Assembly (NCBI GenBank): GCA_965112735.1
Contig: OZ218960.1
Span: 1,302,001 to 1,366,000 of the forward strand
Direction of reading: 5' to 3'
DNA from: Phaeosaccion multiseriatum
Taxonomy: Eukaryota; Protista; Ochrophyta, other classes
Length of the DNA: 64,000 nucleotides
Shown here: piece after piece, positions 36,201 to 60,615 of the stretch
Layout: the number at the start of each line of letters is the position of its first letter
How positions within the stretch are numbered: position 1 is the stretch's first letter
Made by a program: the position numbers and the translations under genes
The notes under the pieces: model-generated
The model's input: the letters and a program-made list of their open reading frames with translations, nothing else
What the model was told of the DNA's origin: nothing
Databases searched by the model: none

Positions 36201-39200
36201 TCGTTCGTCTGTTCGAAGGAAGTGTAGTCTCGGGAGCGGGGCGACGAAAGCTGTGATGTTGGTAGCGATAGCTGAAAGGCTGCACTGAGCCAACGCTTCG
36301 ACCGCCCATGACTTACATCCGTGACTTGGCCTAGCAGTGACATCATCTTGATCTAAGAAGCCGCGTGCGTAAAAGTATGTGCGTATGCGAAGCGCGAGCA
36401 GCGGGGGCAGCAACGAGAACGGCATCAGTGAGGGAGTGGGCCTTGGCATGCTGACCCTGCTCGTCCTTAGGGATATGAAGCCGTTCACAAATCAAGCTAT
36501 CCCTCCTCTCCGGCTTCCGTCCCAGTAGTCGTCTCGCGGGGTGCCAACATGCCCCTCCCTCCCCGCACAACGAGTGACCTGCGCCTTACCTGCCCGAGCA
36601 TGAGCCACGATGTGGACGATGAGCCGGACCGTGCACTGCCGTCGCTGGTATTGGTGGCCGTGCTCCCTTGCTGCTGCTCCCCTCCACCTACATCGGCGCC
36701 TTTGCCAGGATCGGCCATTCCTCCATCTGCTCCGGTGGTGGAGTTCGGCGCCCCTCCCCCGCCTCCGCCCCCTCCGCCTCCGCCCGCCCCTCCCGCCCCC
36801 CCGCCCCCTCCCCCTACCGCGGCCGAGTTGGTGCTTGCAGCAGCGCTGCAGCCCCCCAGATGCAAGAAGGTCCGACCCACACGGCCAGCGAGCGAAGCAA
36901 GTAGACAGTGAGTACTACGGGAGACAGGGGTAGGGAATAGAAACACCCTGACATGGAATGACCGGCAGCTCTGGCCCCTCGTTATAGTGCGGAGGGGAGG
37001 GGAGGGGAGGAGAGGGGAGGAAGTCTCTGGAACCACACCAACCCACCAACCGACCCGCCCGCCCACCCACCAGCCCACATACCCACCTTGCGGACGAGGC
37101 GGAAGCCGACGCCGACGCGGAAGCGGTCGTGGCCGCTGCGGATGCCGTAGCCGTAGCAGTAGCCGCCGCGCCTCCAACTGCGACACTTACTGCCACCGCG
37201 GCCGTCGTGCCCAGGGCCTCCTCCACCACCTGCTTGGGGGGCGGGGCTGGGGTGGGCGCGGGGGTGGGGACGTCCGTGGTGTTGATGAAGGTGAAGTCCG
37301 TGGTCACGTGGACGGTCGGAAGGTCCACGTCCACCCCAGTGATCGTCAGGGTGGAGGTGGAGGCTTGCAGGACCCACGAGGACAAGATTTGCCGGAAGGC
37401 CGAGGTGTTGGACAAGCCGTCCAGAATGGCCTCGGCTGCGGCGTTGGGTGTGTCTGAGAGCAGGTCGGCGGTGTTGTATGTGACCTCGGCCGTGTAGTTG
37501 AGCAGGTAGGAGCTGGTCAGTGCAGACACTGTCGATGGCTCCGCCGAGAAGAAGGGCAGCTGGACGGTCGGAGTCGAGTCCACAAAGGTGGGCAGCGATG
37601 CCCCGAGAACAAATAGCGTGCCGTTGTACAGCATCTGCTCCACGGTGGAAGCATTCGCGGACAGGCCTGCGCAGGAGTTGACGAGCACATGCGAGTAGCG
37701 AGTCGGCGGTAAAAAGAAGTAGACAAGTCAAGAACAGCGAGGCTCTGGGGGCGGGAGGTTGCCAAAGCAATGCTTTGTGCGCAAATCAGGCACACGGGTA
37801 CGGCGTTGTCGCCAGTGGGTCGCTTCGAAGGAGGTAAGTTGAGAAATTGATCGGATCGGACCAGGTCCCTGTGAACAGTGCATACCTTCCGATGAGAGAG
37901 CTCGCCGCCCGGATGTAGTGCTGTTGCCGCTTGTCGTGGAGTTGAAGGTGACAACAGTCCAAAGCTGCTGACTAAACGATGTCAGAGCTATAGGTGCTGG
38001 CGTTGGAGCTGCTGTTGCGGCATTCTTTGGCACGGCTGTTGGAGCTGCCGTTGGTGCTACTGTCGGAGCTGCTGTTGGGGCAGCTGTTGGGGCTACTGTT
38101 GGAGCTGCTGTTGGAGCTGCTGTTGGAGCTGCTGTTGGGGCTGCTGTTGGAGCTGCTGTTGGGGCCATTGTTGGCGCTGCTGTTGGAGCTGCTGTTGGGG
38201 CCATTGTTGGCGCTACTGTTGGAGCTGCTGTTGGAGCTGCTGTTGGAGCTGCTGTTGGAGCTGCTGTTGGAGCTGCTGTTGGAGCTGCTGTTGGAGCTAC
38301 TGTTGGGGCTGCTGTGGGTGCCTGTTAGATACACCCCATGCAGCGTGCGAAAGTTAGTGAGAAGCATGGTGGAGGAGGCCACAGAGGGGCAACAAAGCAA
38401 AACGAGGCACACGCAGGTAACCCTCATCTTCGACGGAGCAGCAGTAGGCCCCTGTGTAGGCGCGGCGGTCGGTGCCGCTGTCGGTGTCAAGGTGGGGGTC
38501 TGGCAGATGATGACACAGAAGGGATAGTGTGAAAGGTTGGTACGGCATAGATAGTTGGACACAGGCGAGGCAGGCAGACGAAAGCGGTTCGGGAGTGTGT
38601 GCCCGTGATCATCGGGAGGGCTGCGTACCTGAGTTGGGGCCAGTGTCGGAGCGGCGGTTGGAGCAGGCGTAGGCGCCGCTGTATCAAACGCGAAGTCCAA
38701 GCCGCCCGTCAAGGGAAGGTCTGCTGCTTCTTCTCCAACGTAGAGGTCAGCAGTTTCCAGCCCAAGCTGACCGCTGCGAGTAGAGCCGGTTTAGGGACAA
38801 GCACGCGGTTGGTTAGTGCTGGCCCGAACGAAAATGACGAGAAAGCAAGGCCAGCCTTCGGCCGGGTATCCCGAGTATGTGGTTTATACACAGCGCTGCG
38901 TTCCCACTCCCGCACACACGCAACACATCGCATGGCCTAAAAGCTCGGGACGGGGCCCTTCAGCATGGGGCCCATCCCGTCTGTGTTTGCTCATTCATTA
39001 CCTATCGTTACTTCCCCAGCACACGAGCTCCTCAGTCGTCTCGATGACCGCGCAGAGCCCTTTCTCTCCCACGCACAAGCTCTCTGCAATGCCATCACTA
39101 CTCGCGCCAAAAGGAACAGCGTCCAAGTTGTCGCCCATTTCACCAGTGCCGTCACCTATATTGGTGGTAGACCCAATGGCAAGTTGACCTGGTCACGTTG

Positions 39201-42200
39201 GGGCAGCGTCGCAAGTGGAAAGCAAGGAAAGAGCCGAGAAGAGTGCTGTCAAGCGCCGCACTTTGGGGTGGGGCGAGCAATGCGAAGCCCTTTTCATGTC
39301 CCTCGTCGTCATCAGAAGCAACCGCACGTACCGTATGTGTTACTTCCAAAGCACTTCACCGCTCCTGATGGGAATGCACAGCACATCAGAGCGTGAATGA
39401 GGGAGGGGGGGGGGGGCGTTGGTCATTCTTTTCAAGGAGGCCAAGGAGGCCACAGTCAGTCCGGAAGCCGAGCGGTGCTAGCCAAAAAGGTATCGGGTGA
39501 GCCAGAGCCCTCCCCAAGTCGCGACCAGAGCTGAACGCGTACATACCGTTCTCGAAAAGTACACACGTGAACTGTTTTCCCGCGTGTATAGCACTTGGAG
39601 TGAGGCCAGTGCCCAGATCCAGGCCGCTCTGTTGAATAGAAGAGGAGCCAGGCAGTAATGTAGAGGCACAGCCAAGGAGAGCGAAATTTAGAATCAGCTT
39701 TCCTGTCCCCATCAAAGGCCAAGTCTTGACTTCGCCCCGCTCCCTGGTTCCTCCACCTACCATGTTTGTGGGGCTCGTTTCGTCGTCTTCCAACCCGGTT
39801 CCCAGAGCTCCTGAGAAGAGGAGGAAAAGGTTGTGAGCCATTCGAGGATTTGAATAGAAGTCCGACACTTGATCGATGGCAGGCATGCTATGTAGTGTCC
39901 TCCTCTTCTCGCCTAATGCATTCCGCTTCGCGTGCGTAAGTGCTTACCGTCGTCGCCTCTCCCCCAGCAGACCACGTCCTTGTTGGTGCTATCCGTATCG
40001 TTCTGTCGAATCTGTAAGTACGCGGCATCGTCAAGGGGGCAAGAATGAGGAGGATGGCAAGGAAGCGGGCTCGAGCAGACCCAAGGAATGAATCTCCCCA
40101 CGGAATCTCCCTGCAGGCAAAGCACAAGCTTCGCTTACCACGCATGTATGGTCATAGCCTGTAGCGAGGGCGATGGCTGTGGTGCCAGCACCGACGTCAA
40201 CCTCGGCCAAGCCATCCCCCATCTCAGATGCCAGTGTTCCAAGCGTATTGTCCACCCCGCTAGTGCCGATGCCCAGCTGTGGTGTGAGCAAGACAGTGGG
40301 AGAGGGAGGAGGGCATTGATGATGAGGGCATGAGCTCATACATGCCATACGGAGATGCTCGCACTGGCTGGCTGGGCTGGTCATCTCCTCACCTGGCCGT
40401 AGGTGTTGTCTCCCCAGCACGCCACGTTGCCCGTGTCCAGAATCTGTTGGAGGTACGTGCACAGGAGGATGACGATGATGAATGAATGCATGCACGTTCG
40501 TCAGCTCGGGCAACAGGGGGCAGACAGTCTCAGGAGTGACGGAGCGATATGTAAGATGACCACCCTCTGTACTGATGGTCTGCGACCCTCGTGCTCCCTC
40601 CATATCTTCCTCCAACCACAGGAAGGTGGCGACAGGCAGGAAGGTACTTACCACGCACACATGCTCCTCGCCGGCAGCGATCGATGTTGCTGTCCTTCCA
40701 GTGGGGAGCTGCACAATCGTCATATCGGCCATCGATTCACCAGAAGAGCTCGATGCCCCAAAGGTGGCCTCCGTACTTCCCTGCCCGCACTGTTACGGTA
40801 CGTCCACAAGAGCGAAAGCGGTGCCTTCGTCAATCATCTGTGTGCAAGGGGGTTGATTTCCGCAGCTACCAATACATCTCTCCCCTGGGCTGACGGACAG
40901 CGTGCGAAGTACCTACTCCCTGCTGTGCTCACTCACCTGTCCCTTCCCATTGTCGCCCCAGCTGCGCACGGCCAAAGACAAACACGAGTGGGATGACGAG
41001 AAAGTGAGAGGAGGGCCGAAACAACAAGGAAAAGGCCGGACAAGCAGCTGACAGTCCAGGTGGAGAGAGAGAGGCAGAGGTGAGCGGAGTAGTCAGAGAG
41101 ATCATCAGCAGCGGCAGGTCCTTCCCCGCAGAGAAAGTCAAAGCAGGATATTACCATTTCACGTTCCCAGATGCCAGCAGCGCACAGTTCACTTGCTTCC
41201 CGCTGGTTATCTGTATAGCTGTCTCTCCCAGATCCACTGCTCATTCGAATGAAAGCGCGCAGCAAGGATCAGAGTTGGAAGGAAGCACGCGGGTCTCAGC
41301 CAGCCATCAGGGAGCTGACGGCAGCAACAGCAGTAACAACACCAATGGGAGAGCCTTCCTCAAAGGCTGAAGGACAAACCTGCCCCTCACCGCCGGTCAG
41401 AGCACTCAGAATGATCAGATTGAGATGGCAACCGAAAGAGCACAGAATGAAGGGCGGCCTTCTTACCTTCACCCAAGCTGTCGCCCTTTTGAAGCCACAC
41501 AGCAGCAATTCAAGACAACGGGAAAAGAAAGCACGTGTTTCAGAGGAAAAGGTAAGCACGGAGTATAGTAACTGACTCAACGGTTGGACTGAGCGCTGTG
41601 GACAGGACGAGACCCAGATTGCATCCCGCCACGTAGCTACTCACCATATCCGAGGCGTCCTCCCCTCGGTCATATGTGTCGTCCTGCAGGCACCAACGAG
41701 GGAACAAGACAAGCGATAGAGTGAAGCCGCATATACCACAGTCTACTCAATCTCCGTAAGCCTCCCCTAGACCCAGTACGGCCTGCCCTCTCCTACCTGT
41801 CCCAGCTGCCCCTTCGCATTCTTCCCCCAGCATTTTACCCCCCCTCCGGCGGAGCCAAGCTGTTGGACCAAAGAGTGAGAAGGGCACCAAGCCAGCAGGC
41901 AACGAAGACGCAAGTACTGAATTAGGCATGCTACAGCCGTGGCTAGAGGCTCTTGTGCCTTCTTACCGCACATCCGCCGTGATGCGAAGCGGAGATTTCT
42001 TGGGCACTGAATCCCGTGCCAAGATCAATCGGATTCTGTCCAGCAGGGCGAGGGAGGGGGGCACGTGTGCCAAGCAAGCAAACAAGAAGGGCACGTTAAT
42101 ACAAAGACTCCACCCGCCCTATACCTCCAGAGGTAGCCAAGAGCACAGGCAGAGGAGGCGAGGAAAGAGGTGTGGCTGGGCTCCCACCGTCAAGGCGAGA

Positions 42201-42629
42201 ATGTCGTCCATCTCGCCAGCTTCATCCCCCAAGTCTTCAAGGGTGTCCGTGAGGCCTATCCCCAGAGCACCATAGTTGTTGCTGTGCGGACAAGCACAGC
42301 AGAGCGACAGGGGACTGGATGTGTTTAGAGGGACAGATATGCATGATGCTTTACACTGCTTGGCTACATGCGTCCACCTCCTCCTGCCCTTGGCTGCTGC
42401 CGATACCCTCTGCTTAAGTGCTTCTGAACCGAGGCTTCTCCTCAAAGACTCACCTCCCCCAGCATTGGAGTACTCCAGAAGGAGTATGCAGGACGCATGT
42501 GCCTTTATGGTCCGCTGCACACACCACGTCCCCAGAAGCAGCCTTCGCAAGCCAAAACCGCGTGCCGCCTTGGAGCAAAAGATACGCCCACCACAAAGCT
42601 CCTCGCCACGCTCTCTCCCTGGGTGCCAT
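31649..42629 (-). CDS. Receptor-like surface protein, copy A: signal peptide, 7 RCC1/BLIP-II repeats, (TAAP)n stalk, glycosylated spacer domain, multipass TM domain, basic cytoplasmic tail
   Basis: Mirror of copy B. ATG 42629; last exon in ORF 31649..32554 ending LQKAEGL*. One intron donor is mutated GT>AT at 38427. Confidence 0.75.
37998..38321 (-). repeat. Coding 12-bp minisatellite, (PTAA)n mucin-like stalk of copy A
   Basis: Units of ttggagctgctg on the plus strand; 60 bp longer than in copy B. Confidence 0.9.
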
Positions 42630-42643
42630 GTAAGAGCAGCCTC

Positions 42644-42988
42644 CTGCCCGGTGAAAGAGTAAACTTCCACCCCACCAAGTTTTCTCGTTTCTCATCCATG
42701 GCACTAATGCACTAATGCTTTAAGACCGTCCACGATTTTACTTTTGCATCGATCCGCAGTCAAGGGTAGTTTCAGTTTCAGTGTCGGGGTGCACTCTAAC
42801 TTGCCGCCTGCTCCTAAGCCCCACCACAGGAAGCTCAGTTTGGGGCCCGTTGCGGTCTTGTCCTGTCCCTTCGTGCGTTCAGTGCTCGTACGTTCAGAAG
42901 GAAAAGAATAATAAGTCAGGGAAGTTTGTAACCGTCAGACCCAGCCATGGTCCTGTAAATTGGACTGGATCGTACGTAACAGCCGGCA
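42644..42988. promoter_or_regulatory. Unique 345-bp palindrome spacer; inferred shared bidirectional promoter
   Basis: The only unique DNA between the two divergent ATGs (42629 and 43003). More AT-rich than the exons; contains gcactaatgcactaatgc. Confidence 0.55.
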
Positions 42989-43002
42989 GAGGCTGCTCTT
43001 AC

Positions 43003-54451
<11,449 letters not shown>

Positions 54452-55080
54452 TTGCTCAAAGCTGCTTGGCTAGTGTTTGATGATAGACAGTAGGCTTGAG
54501 GAGGAGTCCAACCAGAGGGGCAGAAGGGTGCCTCTGCCCTGTACAATGATGACATGAGCCTTGGGTACTTTATTTCATTCTCTCTCCCCTCGTCTCCTCG
54601 CCTCTTTTCATCTCGCCTTCCTCTCTTCTCACCTATCCTCTCCCATTCTCTCTGCCCCCCCCCCCCCCTCCGCCTCCTCTCGAGTCACTTTTCGCCGCTA
54701 ATTGTCCTTCTCTCCCGATCACAATGAAGTATGTCCGTGCCTCCCCTTTTTACGTGAAAGACCCCCAACAAGATGCCCGGGGAGGGAGCGTGGCGGGCTT
54801 TCTGGTTATTACCCCCCCTTGACGGTGGCAGCCCCAGCAGTGAGGCACAAGCCATCCTCGCCTCATCTCTTTTGCGCCCCAGACTGCTGCTGCTGCTGCT
54901 GTTTTTTGTTTTTGTTTTTTGGCACTGCCTCGGGCTTTCGCGCCAGTTCCATCACCTCAAATGGCGCGGTAGTGAAGAACCAACATAACAAATTGAGGAT
55001 CCGATGTACTTCAAAAAGGAGAAGAAGACGCAAGACAAAAACAAGGAAAAGAGAAGAAGTTTTTTTGTTTTCCTCAACTC

Positions 55081-56440
55081 ATGTCGGTGACTACCCCCGC
55101 ACAGCTTGAGGCGATTGTCGAAAGGGATTACTCAAGCATGTAAGTGCTGCTGCTTCTTCTTCCCCCCAATCCCCTCTTCCCCCCACCTGCTGAATCAAAT
55201 GCCTCAACAAGTCCTTACGTAATCATCGTACTCTCCTTACAGGGTGGGGAGGGAATTCAAGCTTTCAGGACTGACGAGCGCTAAGGGACGGACTCTGAAC
55301 GGGCGCAGGTGTGTACACACAGCCTAGTGGGGGGAGCCCCGCCTCAATCCCCCTCCCCCCCTCATTTGCTCAAGAGCCCCACACCAAGCTCTCACCCACC
55401 TCCCTCCTCGACGAATTGGTAGAGGACGTGTTACAGGTCGCTCCCAATCCAACAGGATGCTCTTCATCTTCCAGCAGAGTCCACCAGCACCACCAGCAGC
55501 AGCAGCACCTGAGCCTCCACCCGCCCCCATCCTTGTAAAGTTTTGGAACCTCGCCAACCCAGATGTATACTGTGATTCTCCTGTGGAGTCGCCGTCAATC
55601 CCCCCGGATGAGCTGCGGGCTCGTCTATCCAAGGTCGTGAGGGAGAAAGAAGATGAGTGCTCCCTTGCTGCTGCTCGGGATAGAGACGACCAACGCGCCC
55701 GACTGGCGTTTCTGAAACGCCATTTAAGTGGAGGAGGAGAAGGAGGTGACGCCGCCGCTAGCCTTGCTATTCCATTGAGCGCGTGTATGGATCCCATGGT
55801 CCCTGAAGAAGAGAGGAACCCCTTTCTGATATTCATGTACAGCTTGCGGCCAGGGTGCGTGGGCCAGGGTACGGTGGACCTGGCGCACTTCGCCGAGGGG
55901 CTGGTGGGGTGCCGTGGCGGGTCTCAGTGTGCCATTTGCCTCGGTCAGATAGAGGAGGGCAGCCGTGCGGGGTCGGGGTCTGAAACAACAACAGCAGCAG
56001 CAGCAGCAGCAGCAGGAGGAGGAGGAGGAGGAGGAGCAGAAGGAGGACAAGGAGCAGGGCAGCTCTCCTTCCCATGCGGGCACGTTTTCCACTACTCCTG
56101 CGCGCAAGAGTGGCTCCTCCATCAGCAGAGCGAAATGACGAACAGCAGAGAGGGTGGAGGGGGGACTGCTCCTTCGTGCCCCATCTGTCGAGCACAGCTC
56201 GTCATGGCGCCGCAAGAGTTCCTGTCCACCTACGACTACGAGTACAAGCTTGAGCTCCGCCTCAAAGAGTGGGTCATCAGTGGCATGTGCCAGCGCTGCC
56301 AGATGCACTTCCATGAGAAGGATCCCTTGGTCACCTTTTGGGATGCCGCTCTGCAAGCCACCAGGGTAGTGCCGAGGAGCAGGTTGCCGGAGGCCATGGC
56401 AGCGGCGTTCGGGGACGACGTGCCGTTCGTGATGGCGTAG
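55081..56440 (+). CDS. RING-H2 zinc finger protein (putative E3 ligase), 3 exons
   Basis: CAIC..CGHVFHYSC..W..CPIC in ORF 55457..56440. Upstream exons 55081-55139 and 55243-55308 splice in frame to 55423, giving FKLSGLTSAKGRTLNGRRGRV..ILVKFWNL. Confidence 0.8.
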
Positions 56441-56498
56441 ATAGTAATCGAAACTCTTTGAATTTTCCTTTCAATTAAAAAAGTAATCATGTCCTTTC

Positions 56499-58038
56499 TC
56501 ACCATGTACCGCCAGCAGGGCCATTGCCGCTTGCCTGCGCCATTCGCTGCGCCTTGAACCTGGAAATCCTCGCGGGTGGAGGAGCAGCAGCCGCAGCAGT
56601 TGGTAATACAGCAGCAGCTTCTGTGCTACGCTCACCCGAGAATGGTACCCTCTCCCGCCCTTCTGAGCCTGCGGCTGCTCCCAGCTCTGCAGGATGTGCT
56701 GCCGCGGTACCTCCTTTCTTCTCTCTAACCTGGCCCACTATCCCTGGCTCTTCTCCCTCCCGCTGCCCCTCTCCCTCTCCACCTGCCTCTCCATCTCCCT
56801 CTCCCTCTTCTTCTTCATCTTCTTCTTCATCTTCATCTTCCTGTTGCGAGCCCCGCGGCGCCATCTGCATGTTGAACTCCTTCATGAGAGTAGAGGCACC
56901 CCCGACCTTGACGGGGGCCATTACGTCACGGACCACAGGCCCACCATTCTCCCCACCCTCCTCGTCCTGGTCTCTCTGGTGGTGAGAGGGAGCGCCATCT
57001 ACTCGCAATGGTGCTTTCGGGGCTCGTACTGCAGCTCGGCCAGCCCCCGATTTCACCGCTGCTGCTACTGCAGATTCTGTCCGTGTTGGCGGTTGTATTG
57101 ACTCTGCTGCTGTCATGCCTCCTCCTCCTCCTCCTGCTGCTGCTGCTGCTGCTGCGGCCGCGGTTGCTACTGTAGTGGACAATGCCACTTGCTTCTGCTT
57201 CTTCTTCTTGTTAGACTTGGCTGCGAGGAAGCCCTTCCCCCAGCTCCCCCCGAGGGCCCCCTTCTTGCCGTGACTCACAGTCGCTGCTGCTTGAGCTGCC
57301 GCCGCTGCCACTCCTGCTGCTGCAGAGATGGGAGTACGGCAAGGCGCCACACATGAAACCGTGTGGTGGGAGGTGGGCCGGGGGGGGGGGGGGGGGGGCG
57401 ATGAATGGCTGCGCCACGAGGTGGGCAGCGGAACAGACTACTGTACCAGGAAGGCTTCAGCTTGAGGGAGTAAGTGAGCAGCACAGCCTTCACCTCATCT
57501 CACCTTCCTTCTCTTTCTCCTCCGCCTCGAGCTCCATCCTTTCCAGCTCCGCGAGAGTAGCGTCAAGATCGTCCTCTTCGTCTGCGTTGTCCTTGCCGCC
57601 GTTGCCTCTGCTTTCATATCCACTCTTTCCCACGGCGCGGCTTTGGCCACTCTCTCCGCCCTCTTCCTGCTGAGCGAAATTCCGCGCAGTCTCGGGGGAT
57701 GCCTGAGGAAATCGCAGACACAGAAAGGAGGGAAATCCCCCCCCCCCCACATTGGTAAGTACCCCTGAAGGGGTCACAACGGCCGACAAAAGAACCCACA
57801 GCCTCCTCCCCTCCTCTCCGCTACTCGCACCCACCTTGAGTATCTTTCCTAGCTCCACGGCCTCAAAGCGCGTCTCCTTTCCCTCGTCGTCCACGTACTC
57901 CCTAATCTCCATCATCTTTAGTCCACCCATGTCTGCCATTCCCGCCTCCTCCCCAATCTCGTCCACATCCAAGCTTGAGCCCTCATCATCATCGTCATCA
58001 ATCACAGCATTCTCTTTTCCCACCTCATCCCCAACCAT
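56499..58038 (-). CDS. Acidic low-complexity protein with URI1/Bud27-like motifs
   Basis: GLKMMEIREYVDDEG near the N-terminus, WGKGFL in the middle and RISRFKAQR at the C-terminus resemble Bud27/URI motifs (from memory). Three exons; no prefoldin domain seen. Confidence 0.45.
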
Positions 58039-58241
58039 GGCGCTTCTTTTTTTTCTTCGAGGTCCCTATATTTCTTGGTTGTATTGTGTCGGCGGGATTA
58101 TATGTATCCGGTGGAGATATGAAAGAGGATCTGGAGGAAAACAATGGAGAGCACCGTCCCAAACAGTTGGTGGTAGTTTCGCTTCACAGATGGGCGGATC
58201 GCAGTGCGGGGGGGGAAAGAGGCTCTCCATCGTGATCTGCC

Positions 58242-59278
58242 ATGTCGATGTGGGGCCATCCTAATAAAGGGGCTCCAGAGTCATACATGGACCCAGAGGC
58301 TTTCATGAAGCGGAGAAAGCGAGGAGCGAGGCGCATGGTGGATGCTTCGGCAGGGATTGTCGACCATATCCATCATCGAGCCTTCTGGGGAAACCAAAGT
58401 AGAGACGCCCTCGCTATACAGCCAAACAGTACATATATCCGAAGGGTCATGCCGCCGAAGGTGGGGAAGGATAACCCCAACTCCGGGGTGTGTACGCAGT
58501 GGGTGCACACTTCTACAAACAAACAGAGGTGAGGAGGTGGGGTGGATGGAGGATTCATGCTGAAAGAAGGGGTGGAGGCGGGGTGTGTGTGTTAAATCAA
58601 AGCCCCCATTCCTCTCGTCCTCTCCTCTTCCTCCTCCTGCCTCTGCTGCTGCTCGTCCTCCTTCTCCTCTTCCCCCTCCGATACTCCTCCTTCACCTCCC
58701 CCCCCTCCTTCCTTTCCTCCTCCTCTCCCCCCCGCCTTCTCCTCAAAGGTGTCCAATTTTTAGTCTGACCTGGACGCCAGTGGGAGTGACTCGCCTCGTC
58801 ACGGGCAACAGCAGTGGAGAGTTTACATTGTGGAAGGATGGTGCATTCAATTTTGAGACGATTTTCCAGGTATAGCACGTATAGGACAGTAGCACCTACG
58901 CACCAGCCATAGATGGGAAAGAAAGGCTGACTGGGTAGTCCATACAGGAGCGCCTGCTCCCCCCCCCCTCCTATGTCCCTGATACCCCCCCCCCCACCAC
59001 CACCAGCACCAACTACTTAAGAGGGGGTATGCCTCTGACTCACTGCCACCGCCCGCCACTGCCGCTCTCGTCACCTGCCCCACGGCACCCTCTACACACA
59101 TCTCCCCCCGTCGATCGGCAAACACTAACAACTATTAACCACAACAACGACGCGGTACTCGGCCAGGCACACGACACCGCTGTCCGCTCCATGTGCTGGC
59201 GACACAACGGCAGTCACATGATCTCTGGCGACGACGGTGGAGTCATTAAGTACTTCGAGCCCAGCATGATGCAGGTAC

Positions 59279-59313
<35 letters not shown>

Positions 59314-59552
59314 TGTGCTTACATATAGATTGGTGCTTAAGTACTTATTCGTGCTTATTTGGGTGTGTGTATGGTATTTTTTGTTAACTACATGGAGAGA
59401 GGTTTTTTATGTGACTGCTGGCCTCTCTCTCTCTATCTCTGGGTAGGGCTCAGAGGGGGGACGGAGGTCACTGCTACCCGTCTTATTCCCTTCATCCCTC
59501 CCCAACAAACCTCCATTGGTCTCTTAACCTCTCCCCCCCTTCCCGGGTCCCG

Positions 59553-59632
<80 letters not shown>

Positions 59633-60581
59633 GGCGGCCTCCAGGTGAAAGACAATCAGGCCTTCCCCACGCACGGCGGACAGCGAGTTCGTGGGCTGAG
59701 CTTCAGCCCTGGCGACGGAAAGTTCGTGTCGTGCTCGGACGACTGCACCGTCAGGGTGTGGGATTTTGAGTTATTTCGGGAGGAGAAGGTGCGCCATCGC
59801 TCTGCTAAGGAGAAAGGCACGAGAGAGAGAGAGGGGGGGGGGGGGAGGGTGATACGCATAGAGAGAGAAGAGAGCGCATGAGAGAGACCGTCGTGACAGA
59901 GAGAGATGGAGTCGAGAACAAGACTTAAAGGCTACACTAGAGAGGGAGAGGGAGAGGTGGAGCGAAATGGAGAGAGGCAAGAGGAGGGTGGAAAGACAAC
60001 ACGTGATAGCGAAGGAGGGAAGATAGGCAACAGAGAGGGACGAGGGAAAGATAGCGCAGCAGAGAGACGATGAGGGGGGATAGAGCCCTTACGAGCAAGG
60101 CGCTGAAACTAAAACTGGAACCGAAGCTGAAACTGAAACTCCTCTCCTACCCCCCCCCCCCACTCCAGGTCCTCGCCGGGCACGGGTGGGATGTACGCAC
60201 AGTGGAGTGGCATCCCTTCAAGAGCCTTCTGGCCAGCGGTAGTAAGGACAAGAGCATCAAGCTTTGGGACCCGCGCACCGGTGACGTCATCTCTACGCTC
60301 AACAGACACAACAACACCGTCATGAAGGTCGGTAGTTGGTGCGTTGGCGGGTTTGTGGGCTGATTTGGTTTGCTTTGTTGGTGGAGCGGTTGGTTGCCTC
60401 TTTTGTTGTGTTGTGTTGTTCTGTGAATAGATGGAAGGAGGGAGAGAGCGAGAGGAGTCTCATGCACGAAGTAGCCAAGCGCTGCCCTGCCCGCAAGTCT
60501 CAAACTCGACTTGTTGAGCTCGAGATGGCCGTGTTTTGTCCCCACACTGCATCGCCCAAATCAATATCACCAACGCATGTA

Positions 60582-60615
<34 letters not shown>

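Larger units (their letters stand above)
31435..42643 (-). repeat. Left arm of a ~23 kb inverted duplication (palindrome)
   Basis: Mirror ORFs have a constant coordinate sum of 85632 near the centre (e.g. 42276/43356, 40031/45601), shifting to 85633, 85573 and 85594 outward through indels. Residual 3' UTR similarity (aggagtcca.., gcagaaggg..cctctgccctg) reaches ~31440. Confidence 0.95.

Noticed and set aside
42644-42988. Site-specific recombinase or transposase acting on the palindrome
   Set aside because: No recombinase, transposase or reverse transcriptase ORF is recognisable anywhere in the window; any inversion would have to rely on homologous recombination.
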